NCBI RefSeq assembly: GCF_030684315.1
Contig: NC_081369.1
Span: 2,470,689 to 2,534,688 of the forward strand
Length of the DNA stretch: 64,000 nt
Reading direction: 5' to 3'
From: Stegostoma tigrinum
Taxonomy: Eukaryota
Positions 41,101 through 53,498 of this stretch are shown here, piece after piece. The translations under genes and the position numbers were made by a program. Within the stretch, counting starts at the first letter, position 1. Each line of letters starts with the position of its first letter. A model generated the notes under the pieces. It had not been told where the DNA came from, did not search any database, and saw only the letters and a program-made list of their open reading frames with translations.

Positions 41101-44100
41101 TATATGTTTGGAAGAGGTTTCACATTAATTAGTTGTTTAAATTATACAATTCAGAAATTCAGTTCCCAATTGTGTTAATTTCAGTGAGGCATTTCTATCC
41201 TATTCATACCTTTGGAGATAAAGAACAGAAAACCCTTGACAATCATCACGGTCAATATTAGAATTGCAATTGCACGAGCGACACAACTGGCAGCCATAGT
41301 AACACTGATTTTAGAGGCAAAATCTGCAATGATAACATAAATTCAAAATTAGGGATTGCACCAGAAACTGAAGATACGCACGTTTTAAATGCCATGTGCA
41401 TCGTTCGCAATTGGACTGCCTTGAACCTGTGGTAAATACCATACATAAAGTCTCAGCATTTCAATTTTGTTATCACTTTGTTCAACTAATCCGTATGCAG
41501 CCAGATTAAAAATGCCTGGAATTTACAGAAATAGGTAAATAATAAAAGTACCTCAACTAATGACACATTTTAAATTAATAGAGCTAATCGCAATCAGTGT
41601 TCAGTTCTCTCAGCTATATTGAAAAATTACAAGTTATTTGGTGGGAGATTAGTTGGATTGCACACAGATCAAGGTCAGAAACCATACATAATGGAATCTG
41701 CGGTCAGATTTCCTTGTATTTTCCATGGAGGTAAACTTCATTTGAAATAATTTTAATCTCTTTGCAGCTATGACCCAATCATCTATGACCCTATGTTTTG
41801 TGTTTAATCAAGTATGTGTCACTCTGATGAATAAGGAAAATAAACTGGATGCATGGAGGTGTACCATAGAGTCAGACAGGTTTACAGCATGGAAACAGGA
41901 CCTTCAGCCCAACTTGTCCATGCCGCCCAGTTTTCACAACTGAACTAATCCCATTTGCTTACATGTGATCCATATCCCTCCGTACCCAACCTATCCATGT
42001 ACCTATCCAAATATTTCTTAAATGACAAAATAGTACTCATCTCCATTACTACCTCTGACAGACTTTTCCAGATACTCACATCACTCTGTGTGAAAAAAAT
42101 TCCTCCTCTTTTGTATCACCCCTCTCTTACCTTAAACCTATTCCCCCAACCCCCCCCCCCCCAGTTTTAGACTCCCCTACCATGGAGAAAAGCTGTTGAA
42201 TCTACTTATCTGTGCATCTCATGATTTTATAGACCTCTATAAGGTCGCCCTTCAGTCTCCTATGGTCCAGGAAAAAAAGAAGTCCCAGCTTATCTAGCAT
42301 CTCTTTAGAACTCAAGCCTTCCAGTTCATGCAACATCTGAGGAAATATTATCTGCACGCTTTCTAATTTAAGCATATCCTTTCTGTAGTAGGTGACCAGA
42401 ACTGCACACAGTTACCTGACATTTGGCCTGTCCAAATTCAATACTGTTCATGCTTTCACAAGAATTAATATTGATCATGCAGCCCTTTGCAAGTCATCAG
42501 TGTATGCAGAAAAGAATGATGTGACCAGTGTTGAAGACTGATATTTAATTTTGGTAGTCACATGTGATAACTACATATCAGCTCCAAACAGCATGAAGAA
42601 AGAAAACTTTAAACCATACAATAGGACTTAAATTCAATTTTGACATAACTGCATGCAAATGTGGAGGCAACAGCCACGTGGTATTATCGCTAGACTGTTA
42701 ATCCAGAGACCCAGACAATGCTCTGGGGACCTGAGTTCAAATCCCAACACAGCAGATGGTGGAATCTGAACTCATGGTCTAATGGTGACCGTGAATCCAT
42801 TGTTGATTGTTGGGGGAAAAAACCCATCTGGCTCACTAGTGTCCTTTAGGGAAGGAAACTGCCACCCTTACCTAGACTGGCCCATATGTGATTCCAGAGC
42901 AATGTGGTTGACTCTGAACTGCCCTCTGGGCAATTTGGGATGGGCAATAAATGCTGCCTAGCTAGTGATGTCCTCATCACTAGAATGAATAAAAAAAACT
43001 GTCTTTTGATATTATCACATGCAAATGACTGCCATAATCACTTTTTACATATTTACCCATTTTAAATGATACATGAGCATTCGATGTACCACATATTATG
43101 AAATGTTACCTTTATTTATCACAGTGTAGCTGGCATTTGTCGGAAATGAGCTTGAAACATGATATACTTGACAGGTGTAAACTGTCTCACTCTTGACTGC
43201 CTCTCGCAACTCTAAGGTGCTGATGACTTCATAAAGATCCTCAGGTTTTGCCAGCTGTTCATTCCGAAATCCTGTCAATATGTTTGTGCCATTTTTATAC
43301 CAAGTAAGGTTAAAGTCTTTTGGGTAAAAGTCTGATGTCCTGCACTGGATTCGGAGAGAAGCAGAAAAAAGGTCTTCGGATGGCATGGAGACAATTTTCA
43401 GAGGAGCTGGTAGTGCTGAAAGGTAAATAACATAAATTAGATGAATTGATTTTGCATCTTCTCCAAAAAACGTACTGTTTATTTTAGCAAAACAATCATT
43501 TCGAGCACATCAGTTGTATTAATTTTTGCTATGAACATGACATGAAATTGATGCTACATTTATCAGATTTTAAAAATCCCTCAATTCCTCTCAATACACC
43601 TCCTGCATATTTAGAAAAAAAAGCTTTCAGAATTTTTTTCTACTTAATAACATGACCTTTCTTTTGCAAACAGGATAAAGAATTGGATCTGGATCCGACG
43701 AATTTAGCAAAGACCATGCAAGTGATTGAACCAAGAATTTGGCTCTTCTTGTGAGATAAGAAACATTTCAAAATGCATAGTTTTTCAAATACCTTCAAGA
43801 AGTTTCATCCTGTAACTCCATATTCGTGTGCAAAGTAAAATTTGAAAGTACTGCATTCAATTTTGCTGCAAAATGCACAAATGCATAAAAGCTAAATGCA
43901 TAAAACTGAAGCAACCCATGACCAAATGCAGCAAGAATTGGACAACAGCCGGGTTTGGGCTAAAAAAGTTGACTGTAACATGCAGGCTACACAAATGGCA
44001 GGCAACCATCTTCTCAAATGAGAGACAATATAATCATCCACCCCTTAATATTCAGTGGCATCACCATCCGTGAGTTCCCCACTATCTATAGTTTGGCAGT

Positions 44101-45617
44101 TACCATTGAGCAGAAACAGAACTGGGCGAGCCATATAAATAGAGCCATAGGTCAGAGGCTAGGAATATTGCAGCAAGTAAATCAACTGCTGGCTTCCCAA
44201 AGCCTGCCCGCCATCTGCAAGGCACATGTCAGGAGTGTGTTGGAATGCTCCCCATTTGCCATGCCTACGGGTCGAAAAGCACTTAAGAAGTTGGACTCCA
44301 TCCAGTAAAAAGTCACTCACTCACTGATTGGCACCACATTCAGTCACTCCACCACATATACTCAGCAGCAGCAGCGTGTAACTTCTAAGATGCACCGCAG
44401 AAATTCACCAAAAGCCCTCAGTCAACACCTTCCAAACGCACGATCACTACCATCTAGAAGGGCAAGGGCAGTAAGTATTTGGAAACACCACCAGCTGCCA
44501 GTTTCTCCCAAGCCACTCACCATGCTGACTTGGAAATATAGCACTGTTCCTTCACTGACACTGGGTGAAAATCCTGTAATTTCCCCCTAATCGCATTGTG
44601 ATTCTACTTCCAGCACATGGGCTGCAGCTGTTCAAGAAGGCAGCTCACCACCATCTTGTCAAGGGCAACTAGGGACACGCAATAAATGCTGGGCAGCCAC
44701 TGATGCCCACATCCCACAAGGGATTTATTTTTAACACAGAGTAGATCTCAAATTTTGAGGATTTCCTGGTTCTCCAAGGTCTCCATTTTCTTTAACGTTT
44801 CATTTTAAACAACTGCCAATATTATACGCAAAATGTCTGTGTCTAATACATTGTTTTGATTCCTGTTTTAGATTGTTTTCAAGCAGCTAAGACTCCGTGT
44901 TTATCTGCGGTGACACTTACCATATACAATAAGTTGCACAGCAGCTTGCCCAAGCTTTTGTTTCTGATATGCGACTGCACAGTGATACGTTCCAGCGTCC
45001 CGGACTGTCACGTTCAGGAGTTTAAGGGAGGCTTCTCCTCTAATTACACGGAAGAGCTTTTTGCTGTCCTCCTGCAGAACGGTTTTATTATCTTCTTTCC
45101 ACCAGTAAGCTGTAACATTTGAATAATCAAATTCGGCGGAGAAAGTACAGTGCATGAGAACTGATGAACCTCCCTGCACCGTTTTTCGCGTAAGGTCCGG
45201 ATTCACTTTGGCCGAATTGCCCACAGCAGCTGTCAACCAAGGAAACACACTGAGATTAAATAAGAAGGACAGTCTGCACCGCCTCAGTAACATCTTTATT
45301 CTAAGCCATTGATGCAACAGCAATTTACCACATTTTACTCTTCGACTAATTCTCCCATTTTTAAACTATTGTCCTAATTGAATGTTACATTTTTTTTCTG
45401 ACAGACCCAATGATAATTGCGTTCTCGGAGTAACTGACTTTAAAAAAAAGACAACAAGAATAAAAAATATCCATTTATTAATCAAATTTATCAAATCTAG
45501 TTGTAAATTTACATTGCGTCTTGCTTGTGATCAGTGAATGCTCAGCAAAGAGAAATACGTACCTGAGCACAAGATGCCCAGCAGACAGACATCCCATAGT
45601 GAATGACACACAAACAT
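38001..45617 (-). CDS. Intact multi-exon IgSF receptor, V-C1-TM-ITIM (SIRP-like/antigen-receptor-like architecture, non-rearranging), 334 aa. Exons 45617-45563 (leader), 45229-44921 (V), 43415-43110 (C1), 41323-41210 (TM), 40787-40741 (Cyt1), 38174-38001 (Cyt2 + stop)
   Basis: All introns are GT..AG with matching phases 1,1,1,1,0. Total 1005 nt, no internal stop. Leader MFVCHSLWDVCLLGILCS; V ...VLMHCTF..AYWWKED..ASLKLLNVTVRDAGTYHCAV..VQLIVY; C1 ..RIQCRTSDFYPKDFNLTWYKNG..YEVISTL..VYTCQVYH; TM ISVTMAASCVARAIAILILTVMIV; tail ..EDKLTYAALN.. Confidence 0.85.
39065..39097 (-). CDS. Candidate optional 33-nt cytoplasmic micro-exon (GDSKIKFQIAV)
   Basis: aacag|GGT..GTG|gtaagt, symmetric phase 0/0, fits between Cyt1 and Cyt2; supported by splice signals only. 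Confidence 0.3.
41210..41323 (-). CDS. Transmembrane exon (contains Arg)
   Basis: attgcag|AT..AAAG|gtatga; 114 nt; DFASKISVTMAASCVARAIAILILTVMIVKGFLFFISK. Confidence 0.8.
42664..42998 (+). mobile_element. tRNA-derived SINE of a second family
   Basis: B box gagttcaaatccc; tail gggcaataaatgctg..gaatgaataaaaaaaa shared with the LINEs ending at ~13450 and ~44725. Confidence 0.75.
43110..43415 (-). CDS. Ig C1-set domain exon of the intact receptor
   Basis: ctttcag|CA acceptor and AAG|gtaac donor; 306 nt; C-x4-FYP, W-x-KNG and YTCxVxH hallmarks of C1-set. Confidence 0.92.
43905..44725 (+). mobile_element. Same LINE family, 3' end, in the V-C1 intron of the intact gene (antisense)
   Basis: GQRLGILQQV..KAHVRSVLECSP; aligns with 12600-13450. 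Confidence 0.8.
44921..45229 (-). CDS. Ig V-set domain exon of the intact receptor
   Basis: ttgacag|CT acceptor and TATG|gtaagt donor; 309 nt, phase 1/1; B-strand Cys, C-strand Trp and DxGxYxC motif present. Confidence 0.92.
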
Positions 45618-47550
45618 ATTGGCAGTGAAATTCCAAGACCATCATTTGTGATTGAGAACAGGACAGACAAATGCTTCTTAAATGCTTGTCTCTGTCTCCA
45701 ATTTAATCACATACGTATGTGTGCACCAAAGAGCACATGACTATTTGCAGATTGAAAAAAAAACACTTGCCCTCTCAAATACAGTCCGCTGCTTTTGTCG
45801 CCAGAAACCGCCACAAAAATGACGACACGAGAGAAGGTACAGAAGGTATATCGGAGGTTGTTGTTGAGACGTGATTGGATTGGATAGGATGAAGATTTTA
45901 CCACAGAAAGAATATGAGCCTGAGGGGGAATTTTATTGGGATGCACACATCTGAGATGAGCCGAGACACAGTAGATAGGGAAAAGTTCAGTAACCTTCAT
46001 ACTGCGGTCAGTGATGCGGGGGTTGTAGATTGAAAGAGATTGATAGGAAAGCTTAACTGGGAGATGAGAAAACAGCTTATCACAGACTGTGGTAACTATG
46101 TGGAACCCATTGCCCGAACAGATATCAGTGACAGGCACCTTTGACTTTTCACAAGTTGTTTTTGCTTGGATGTGCACTTGAAGTGCTGTAATCTGAAAGG
46201 CTTCACGCTAAATCCTCGATAGTATGATTTGATTTGTCGGCTTCTTTCTCGGCAGGCAGAGGCAAGTGCTTTTGGTTTTCAGTGTTGTTAACCTCTTTAA
46301 ATGGAATGTTGTGAAGACCACTGTAATTGTAGCAATTTGAAGGACTTGGAGGCAATACTGCTACACCCCGGAATGCAAGAAGGGAAGTGGGATACAGTTA
46401 TAAACGTCTCACTCCTATATCCGAAAGAATTGAGCCGGAATATCAGATTAACCTGCCGAAATCTTTTTTCTTATTACATTTTAAACGCCTCTACAAATTT
46501 AAATTGCATAGCCGACTTCAAGTTTCCAACATCGGAGGAAGCGTCCGTTCAGCGTCCGTCCAGTTCAGGCTCCTCAATGTTAGGTCCACATGGAAGATAT
46601 ATATTCTTACTTTTCTAAACTCAAATGGGTACAGGCCCCATTTGTTCAACCTCACTTCAATTTTTTTGCTTAATTTGATAAAGAGAATAAAGTCACCCAT
46701 TATTACTGATGTCCCGAATCACAAACACCAATATTTCCTCTTGTATGTTTTGTCTCACATTAATGACTGTTCAGTATCTTGCAGACCCCTTGTCTGTTGT
46801 TTTATTTCCTACTATCCCCAATTTCTACCCAAATAGATTTATCACCCTGATTCTCTGAATGACTGTAAAATCTAAATATTGCACAAATGGCATCCATGAT
46901 TGGATAGTCATGATTTGCAATCCTTTCACCATCACCTCGTTTCCTAACCTTAGTGTGTGTTCTTATTTCAAAATATTTGGTACTCAATACTTATACGCTA
47001 TGTCACCACAATGTTATAAAATTGTAATTGTTTCTGTTTATGTATGGTCTGAACTCACTTATTTTGTGAACAACCCAATGAGCATTTCCAAATGTATATT
47101 CATCAGTTTGTTCATTTTTGCCAACTTTGTAACACCTCATCTTGACTGGTAATGTATTCCTTCTCTCTCTCTCTCTCTTTGCCTTTTGTGCCTTTCTCTG
47201 AAGCTCATTTCCCTTGTTCTTATTTTTCTCTCTTCACTTATCTTTACCCTGTGATAGACATCATCTTTCTACGTGACCTCTTGCTTCCACCATTTAGCTG
47301 AAAGCCCTCTCGATTTACCTAGTTATGCCAGCCCCAAGAACACTGCCTGTAGCATGGTTCTGGTCAATCACAATGGTACAGATGTCAATCTCCCCAGTAC
47401 AGCTGGCTGTTCCTCATGACTAACTTCTCTGTCACAATTCTTTGGAAGGAGGCTACTATTAATCTCTGATGACATATGTGCCTTATTTAGAGCTGACTGT
47501 TGTTCTTGAGAAGCTTCCTTGAGGGGAAAATAAGCTCCAGATGAATGGTA

Positions 47551-48603
47551 GATAAAAAAATGTGAGGCTGGATGAACACAGCAGACCCAGCAGCATCTCA
47601 GGAGCACAAAAGCTGAAGTTTCTGGCCCAGACCCTTCATCAGAGAGGGGGGTGGGGTGAGGGTTCTGGAATAAATAGGGAGAGAGGGGGAGACGGACTGA
47701 AGATGGAGAGAAAAGAAGATAGGTAGAGAGGAGAGTATACGTGGGGAGGTAGGGAGGGGATAGGTCAGTCCAGGGAAGACGGACAGGTCAAGGAGGTGGG
47801 ATGAGGTTAGTAGGTAGGAGATAGAGGTGCGGCTTGGGGTGGGAGGAAGGGATGGGTGAGAGGAAGAACAGGTTAGGGAGGCAGGGACAGGCTGGACTGG
47901 TTTTGGGATGCAGTGGGTGGAGGGGAAGAGCTGGGCTGCTTGTGTGGTGCAGTGGGGGGAGGGGACGAACTGGGCTGGTTTAGGGATGCGGTGGGGGAAG
48001 GGGAGATTTTGAAGCTGGTGAAGTCCACATTGATACCATTGGGCTGCAGGGTTCCCAAGCGGAATATGAGTCGCTGTACTTGCAACCTTCGGGTGGCATC
48101 ATTGTGGCACTGCAGGAGGCCCATGATGGACATGTCATCTGAGGAATGGGAGGGGGAGTGGAAATGGTTCGTGACTGGGAGGTGCAGTTGTTTATTGCGA
48201 ACCAAGCGGAGGTGTTCTGCAAAGCGGTCCCCAAGCCTCCGCCTGGCTTCCCCAATGTAGAGGCAGCCACACCGGGTACAATGGATACAGTATACCACAT
48301 TGGCAGATGTGCAGGTGAACCTATGCTTAATATGGAAAGTCATCTTGGGGCCTCGGATAGGGGTGAGGGAGGAGGTGTGGGGGCAAGTGTAGCACTTCCT
48401 GCGGTTGCAGGGGAAGGTGCCAGGTGTGGTGGGGTTGGAGGGCAGTGTGGAGCGAACAAGGGAGTCATAGAGAGAGTGGTCTCCCGGAAAGCAGACAAGG
48501 GTGGGGATGGAAAAATGTCTTGGGTGGTGTGGTCAGATTGTAGATGGCGGAAGTGTCTGAGGATGATGCGTTGTATCCGGAGGTTGATGGGGTGGTGTGT
48601 GAG
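47551..48603 (-). mobile_element. Penelope-like 3' fragment (GIY-YIG + 3' end)
   Basis: ORF 47873-48343 NVVYCIHCTRCGCLYIGEARRRLGDRFAEH; near-identical to 60596-61650. Confidence 0.9.
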
Positions 48604-50554
48604 ACCCCCTCGTTCGCACAACAACCTCTGTATGAAAAAGTTGCCCTTAGACCTCTTTTTAAATCATACCCCTATTACCTTAAACCTTCACCCTCTAGTT
48701 TTGTAATCCTCCACCTCGGGGAAATTAGTGATTATTCATCCTATCCATGGCCTATGATTTTATAAATCTGTATAGGGCCACCCAATACCCTCCGACACTC
48801 CGAAGAAAATAGCTGTAGCCTATTCAGTCTCTCCTGATTTATTAAACCCTCCAGCCATGGTAAATGTCTCGTAAATCTTTTCTGAACCCTTTCAAGTTTA
48901 ACAACATCTTTCCTATTGCAATGAGATCATGGTTTTAAGAGAAACACTATTCCAGGTTTTTATGGCATTCAAATTACACCAGTTAGCTCTAGTTGCTCTC
49001 TTATAGAACAGATATTATTAACCTAGAAAGAATGCGTTAAAACGTACTGGGGGACATTCGTAGCCTATACCATATCGCCAAGAGAGCAGTTAGCAACCAT
49101 TCAATTTATAGTGAGCCACATGCAGGCCAATTGACAATGGCTGAATTACTTCCACAGGACATTAGTAAACTAATGGAAGTAACTACATGAAAATCTTGGA
49201 CTTCTTGTTCACAGATCACTGAAGGTGGCAGGGCTGGTTAAAGGAATGGTTAAGAAACATACAGGGCACATGCTTATGTCTGGAATGGTACAGATTATAA
49301 GAGGAGAGAGGCTACTTTGGAATTTTACAGGACTTTCGTTAGTCCAGAGCGGGAGTGCTATGTTCATTAAGATTTCCTAGGATCCTCCGTGGACTGGAAG
49401 ATTTGAGTTATAAGGAGAGGCTGGATAGTGTGGGCCTTCTTTCCCTAGACCATTGGAGACTGAAGGGTGACCTTACATAGGTCTGAAAAATCATGAGAGG
49501 CAGAGGTAAGTAGATAGCTAACAGCTTTTCCTCATAGTAAGACAGCCTAAGATTCAAAGGCATAGGTTTGAGGTAAAAGGGGAGAGATACAAACGAATCT
49601 AGAGGAGCGATATTTTGACAAACAGGATGATGTGTGTTTGGAATAGCCTGCCAGAGGTAGTGGTGGTTAATTCACTGTAGAGTGGCCCTTTGCCCAGACA
49701 GAGCAGACTGATGCTCCATCCGTGATTGCCCTTTGTTTAGCATTGCAATCTCATTGTAATATGGTACAGTAGGACAAGATGGTATGTCTGATGAATGTTT
49801 CTGAATCATGAAAATGTGTTCTTCATTGAAGTGGGAATGAAATTAGAGAAAAGAAATCAATTTACATTTGAACAAATCATGTTGACATATGCCTAAGTAA
49901 TTCTTTCAATACATTTGTGTGTTCTATTCTCAAAAATGGCATATAACTAATACAGATTCCAAATAAATTACAATGCTTCTCTTATTATATTGTGAAAAAT
50001 TCTCCAGACTCAATTGATTTGGAAAATAGAGCAATCTAATCTATCACCATTGCTGCATTGTGAATTTGCTACTGACAGGAATGCATTCTGTGGCTTGCCT
50101 ATCAAAAACTTAGAAATACAAAGCCATGAAAATGAATTAGCAGTCTGAATAGTTTTTGAAAGGCTGCTTGAAAGTTGTGCACTGGCGATGGAAAGGCAGC
50201 ACAGATGATGACAAATTCTGTTTGTCTTGTTGGAAAAGATTGGACAGCTGCAAAGATGAAGAAGTTGGTTGACTGAAACATGTAAAATCTTCGGGGGTCT
50301 TGACAAGGTAGATATGGTGACATATCGTCCCATGGAAAAATCTAAAACGAGGTACAATGGTTATAAAAAAAATCAGAGTTTGACCATTTAAAACAGCGTT
50401 AGACATACATTCTCTCACAGGTGTCTGAGTCTTTTGGAATACTATTCCTAAAAAGGTAACAGAAGCAAGGTTGAATATTTTTAAGTCACCAACTGATAGA
50501 TTCCAGTGGAGCAAAGAAGTGAAAGATTGCCACGAGTACTGTTTAAATTTGGGG

Positions 50555-51665
50555 TTAGAACATACATAAAGCATAACAGCACAGTACAGGTCCTTCGGCC
50601 CTCGATGTCGTGCCGACCTGTCATACCGACCTGAAGCCCATCTAACCTACACTATTCCATGTACGTCCACATGCTTATCCAATGACGACTTAAAGTTGGC
50701 GAATCTACTACCGTTGCAGGCAAAGCATTCCATTCCCTTACTACTCTCTGAGTAAAGAAACTACCTCTGACATCTGTCCTTTATCTTTCACCCCTCAATT
50801 TAAAGCTGTGCCCCCTCGTGCTCGCCATCACCATCCTAGGAAAAGGGTCTCCCTATCCACCCTATCTAACCCTCTGATTATTTTATATGTTTCAATTAAG
50901 TCACATCTCATACTTCTTCCCTCTGATGAAAACAGCCTCAAGTCCCTCAGCCTTTCCTCGTAAGACATTCCCTCCATACCAGGCAACATCCCAGTAAATC
51001 TCCTCTGCACCCTTTCCAAAGCTTCTACGTCCTTCTTATAATGCGATGACCGGAACTGTACGCAATACTCCAAGTGCGGCCGCACCAGAGTTTTGTACAG
51101 GTGTAGCATAACCTCTTGGTTCCAGAATTCGATCCCTCTATTAATAAAAGCAAAAATGACAAACAGCAGTGGACCCAACACCGACCCTTGCAGTACACCA
51201 CTAGTAACTGGTCTCCAGGATGAACATTTCCCATCAACTACCACCCTCTGTCTTCTTTCAGCAAGCCAATTTCCGATCCAAACTGCTATATCTCCCACAA
51301 TTCCATTCCTCCACATTTTGTACAATAGCCTACTGTGGGGAACCTTATTGAACACCTTGCTGAAATCCATATACACCACATCAACCGGTTTACTCTCATC
51401 TACCTGTTTGGTCACCTTCTCAAAGAACTCAATAAGGCTTGTGAGGCACAACCTTCCCTTCTCAAAACCGTGCTGACTATCCCTAATCAATTTATTCTTT
51501 TCTAGATGATTATAAATCCTATCCCTTATAACCTTTTCCAACACTTTAGCAACAACTGAAGTAAGGCTCACTGGTCTATAATTACCAGGGTTGTCTCTAC
51601 TCCCCTTCTTGAACAGGGGAACCACATTTGCTATCCTCCAGTCTTCTGGCACTATTCCTGTAGAC
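50555..51665 (-). mobile_element. CR1 LINE RT fragment with an in-frame internal deletion
   Basis: ORF 50828-51751 PEDWRIANVVPLFKKG..GSVLGPLLFVIF|AFINRG; the FADD region is missing. Confidence 0.9.
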
Positions 51666-53498
51666 TTTGTGGCTACAATCAGATTTGTGATGACCTTGTT
51701 TGAACAACTTTTCTGATTTTGTGTCCCCAAAGGACTGCCTTCTCGTCCCAATCAATTTATTGAATGTTCAGACTAATAGAGCAGGCTCGAGACACTGACT
51801 TTCTGACACTTGCTTCAAATTCGATTGTTCACATCAACATAACCTGATTTCCTCGTGTGTAAAGAAAAATACCAATAAGGAAGAATTGGGGGAAATCATA
51901 CATTGCTTTAGATTTTAATTAGGTAAACCATAAGGTTCCACAACGGAGTTTATGATGAAGTAATTTTATGCAATTGTGTGTACGGTGAATTTATTGTCCC
52001 TAGGCACCTTCTTAACAGAATTGCCTTGGATTATTGGTGGGAATGCTCTTTTGCTGACCTGTGAATTGTCTTGTTCCAAGGTACCAGTGTGTATCACTTA
52101 AAAAGCATACTTTTATTGTTTTTAACCAAGATTTGTTTGTCATTTTTCAATTTCAGATACCTTATTGTTTCATGTTTTGTAATGTAAACAATGTTTCTTC
52201 CTGTGTCACATGGAAGATCAGTGAGCACCATGAATGTTAATTCATTCCCTGAGTGTAAAGGTTAGCCGATCGGCAACAAACAGAAAATAGATTTTTAAAG
52301 AAGGGTTGTGTTTGGCACTGGAGAGTCTAACTGGTGGGTCAAGCAAAATTCCAAGTTTGGACGTCAGCTATTTCACCTTGTTGTCTGCTTACAAAGGGTC
52401 TCAGATAATGTATCAACATTTATTCACATGAAATTACAAGATTCAAAGTGTGTGAATCATGTGTGAAAGGAGAGTATTGACAACTGGGGACAAAGTCTCA
52501 TGAGGCAGGCAGGATTCAGGCAAGTGGAAGATGTTAATTCAAGCAAAAACCAGTTGATGCAGTGAGAGAGCCAATAAATCTTCCCCGAATCAGAAGGGAG
52601 ATCACTGGCATACTCTGATTTTTACAGTGAAAATACATCATTTTATACATTTTCTGTTACAACTACCAAATACTGTGTAGCCACTGTCTCTCTCCCTTAA
52701 TCCAGACACCCAATCTAGTGGAACACCTAATCAATGATGATCATTCCTATGGACAGCCCCAGGTTCCCATGATTTTATGGTGTTTACCAGACATTGTAAT
52801 CTCTAAGCCTTGGGATTTATCTGCACACCCTATTCATTCACTTTCCAAAGTTACTGGCTACACTCCTTTGTATCTGTCTCAGGCTTCTCATCACTTGAGT
52901 TCTATTATTTATTGTGTTACATCTGCTTTCTTTTATCAAATTCAGCTATTCCTCCAATATTTTCCACAGTCCTAATTGTACAGTAAAAGTATAAAAGACA
53001 GTTAGTAGTTTTATCAATCTACTATAAGGTTAATTTCTATCATAAAGTTAGTTATAAAATGTAAAGTTGTGCAATTATCTGTAATGTAAGCACGTTGTAA
53101 ATATTAGGTTGTGAACAATCTATCTTGCTCAGGGTGGAAGACAGTATTTCCTGAGGCTAATTAACTTTTGCATCCAAGTTTAAATGCTTTTCCCCTCATA
53201 CTTGTATTATGCTTCGGTAATATATTAAAGCTACTTCCATGATTAAGGGAGTTTTAACCAGAGTCAATTTAATATTTCAGTAAGTTTCAAAGATGCAAGT
53301 ATTTACAACAAAGTAACTTTAGCTGCAGTTTTTTACAGCTCTTTAGCAAGTGAAAGAAAGTTAATCTCGCCGGCTCATGGGCTAAAACTGACACCTTGTG
53401 TCATTTGTTTTTTGTGACGATCATCCTTTCATCAGAGGCTGTGATTAGTTACTTAACCATCCCTAGGCACCTTCTTAACAGAATTGCCTTGGATTATT

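Noticed and set aside
2217-45229. V exons as rearranging TCR/Ig V segments
   Set aside because: Each complete V exon includes the G strand and ends at a (sometimes mutated) splice donor. No CACAGTG-spacer-nonamer follows. Scattered CACAGTG hits (e.g. ~4466, ~11730) lack nonamers.
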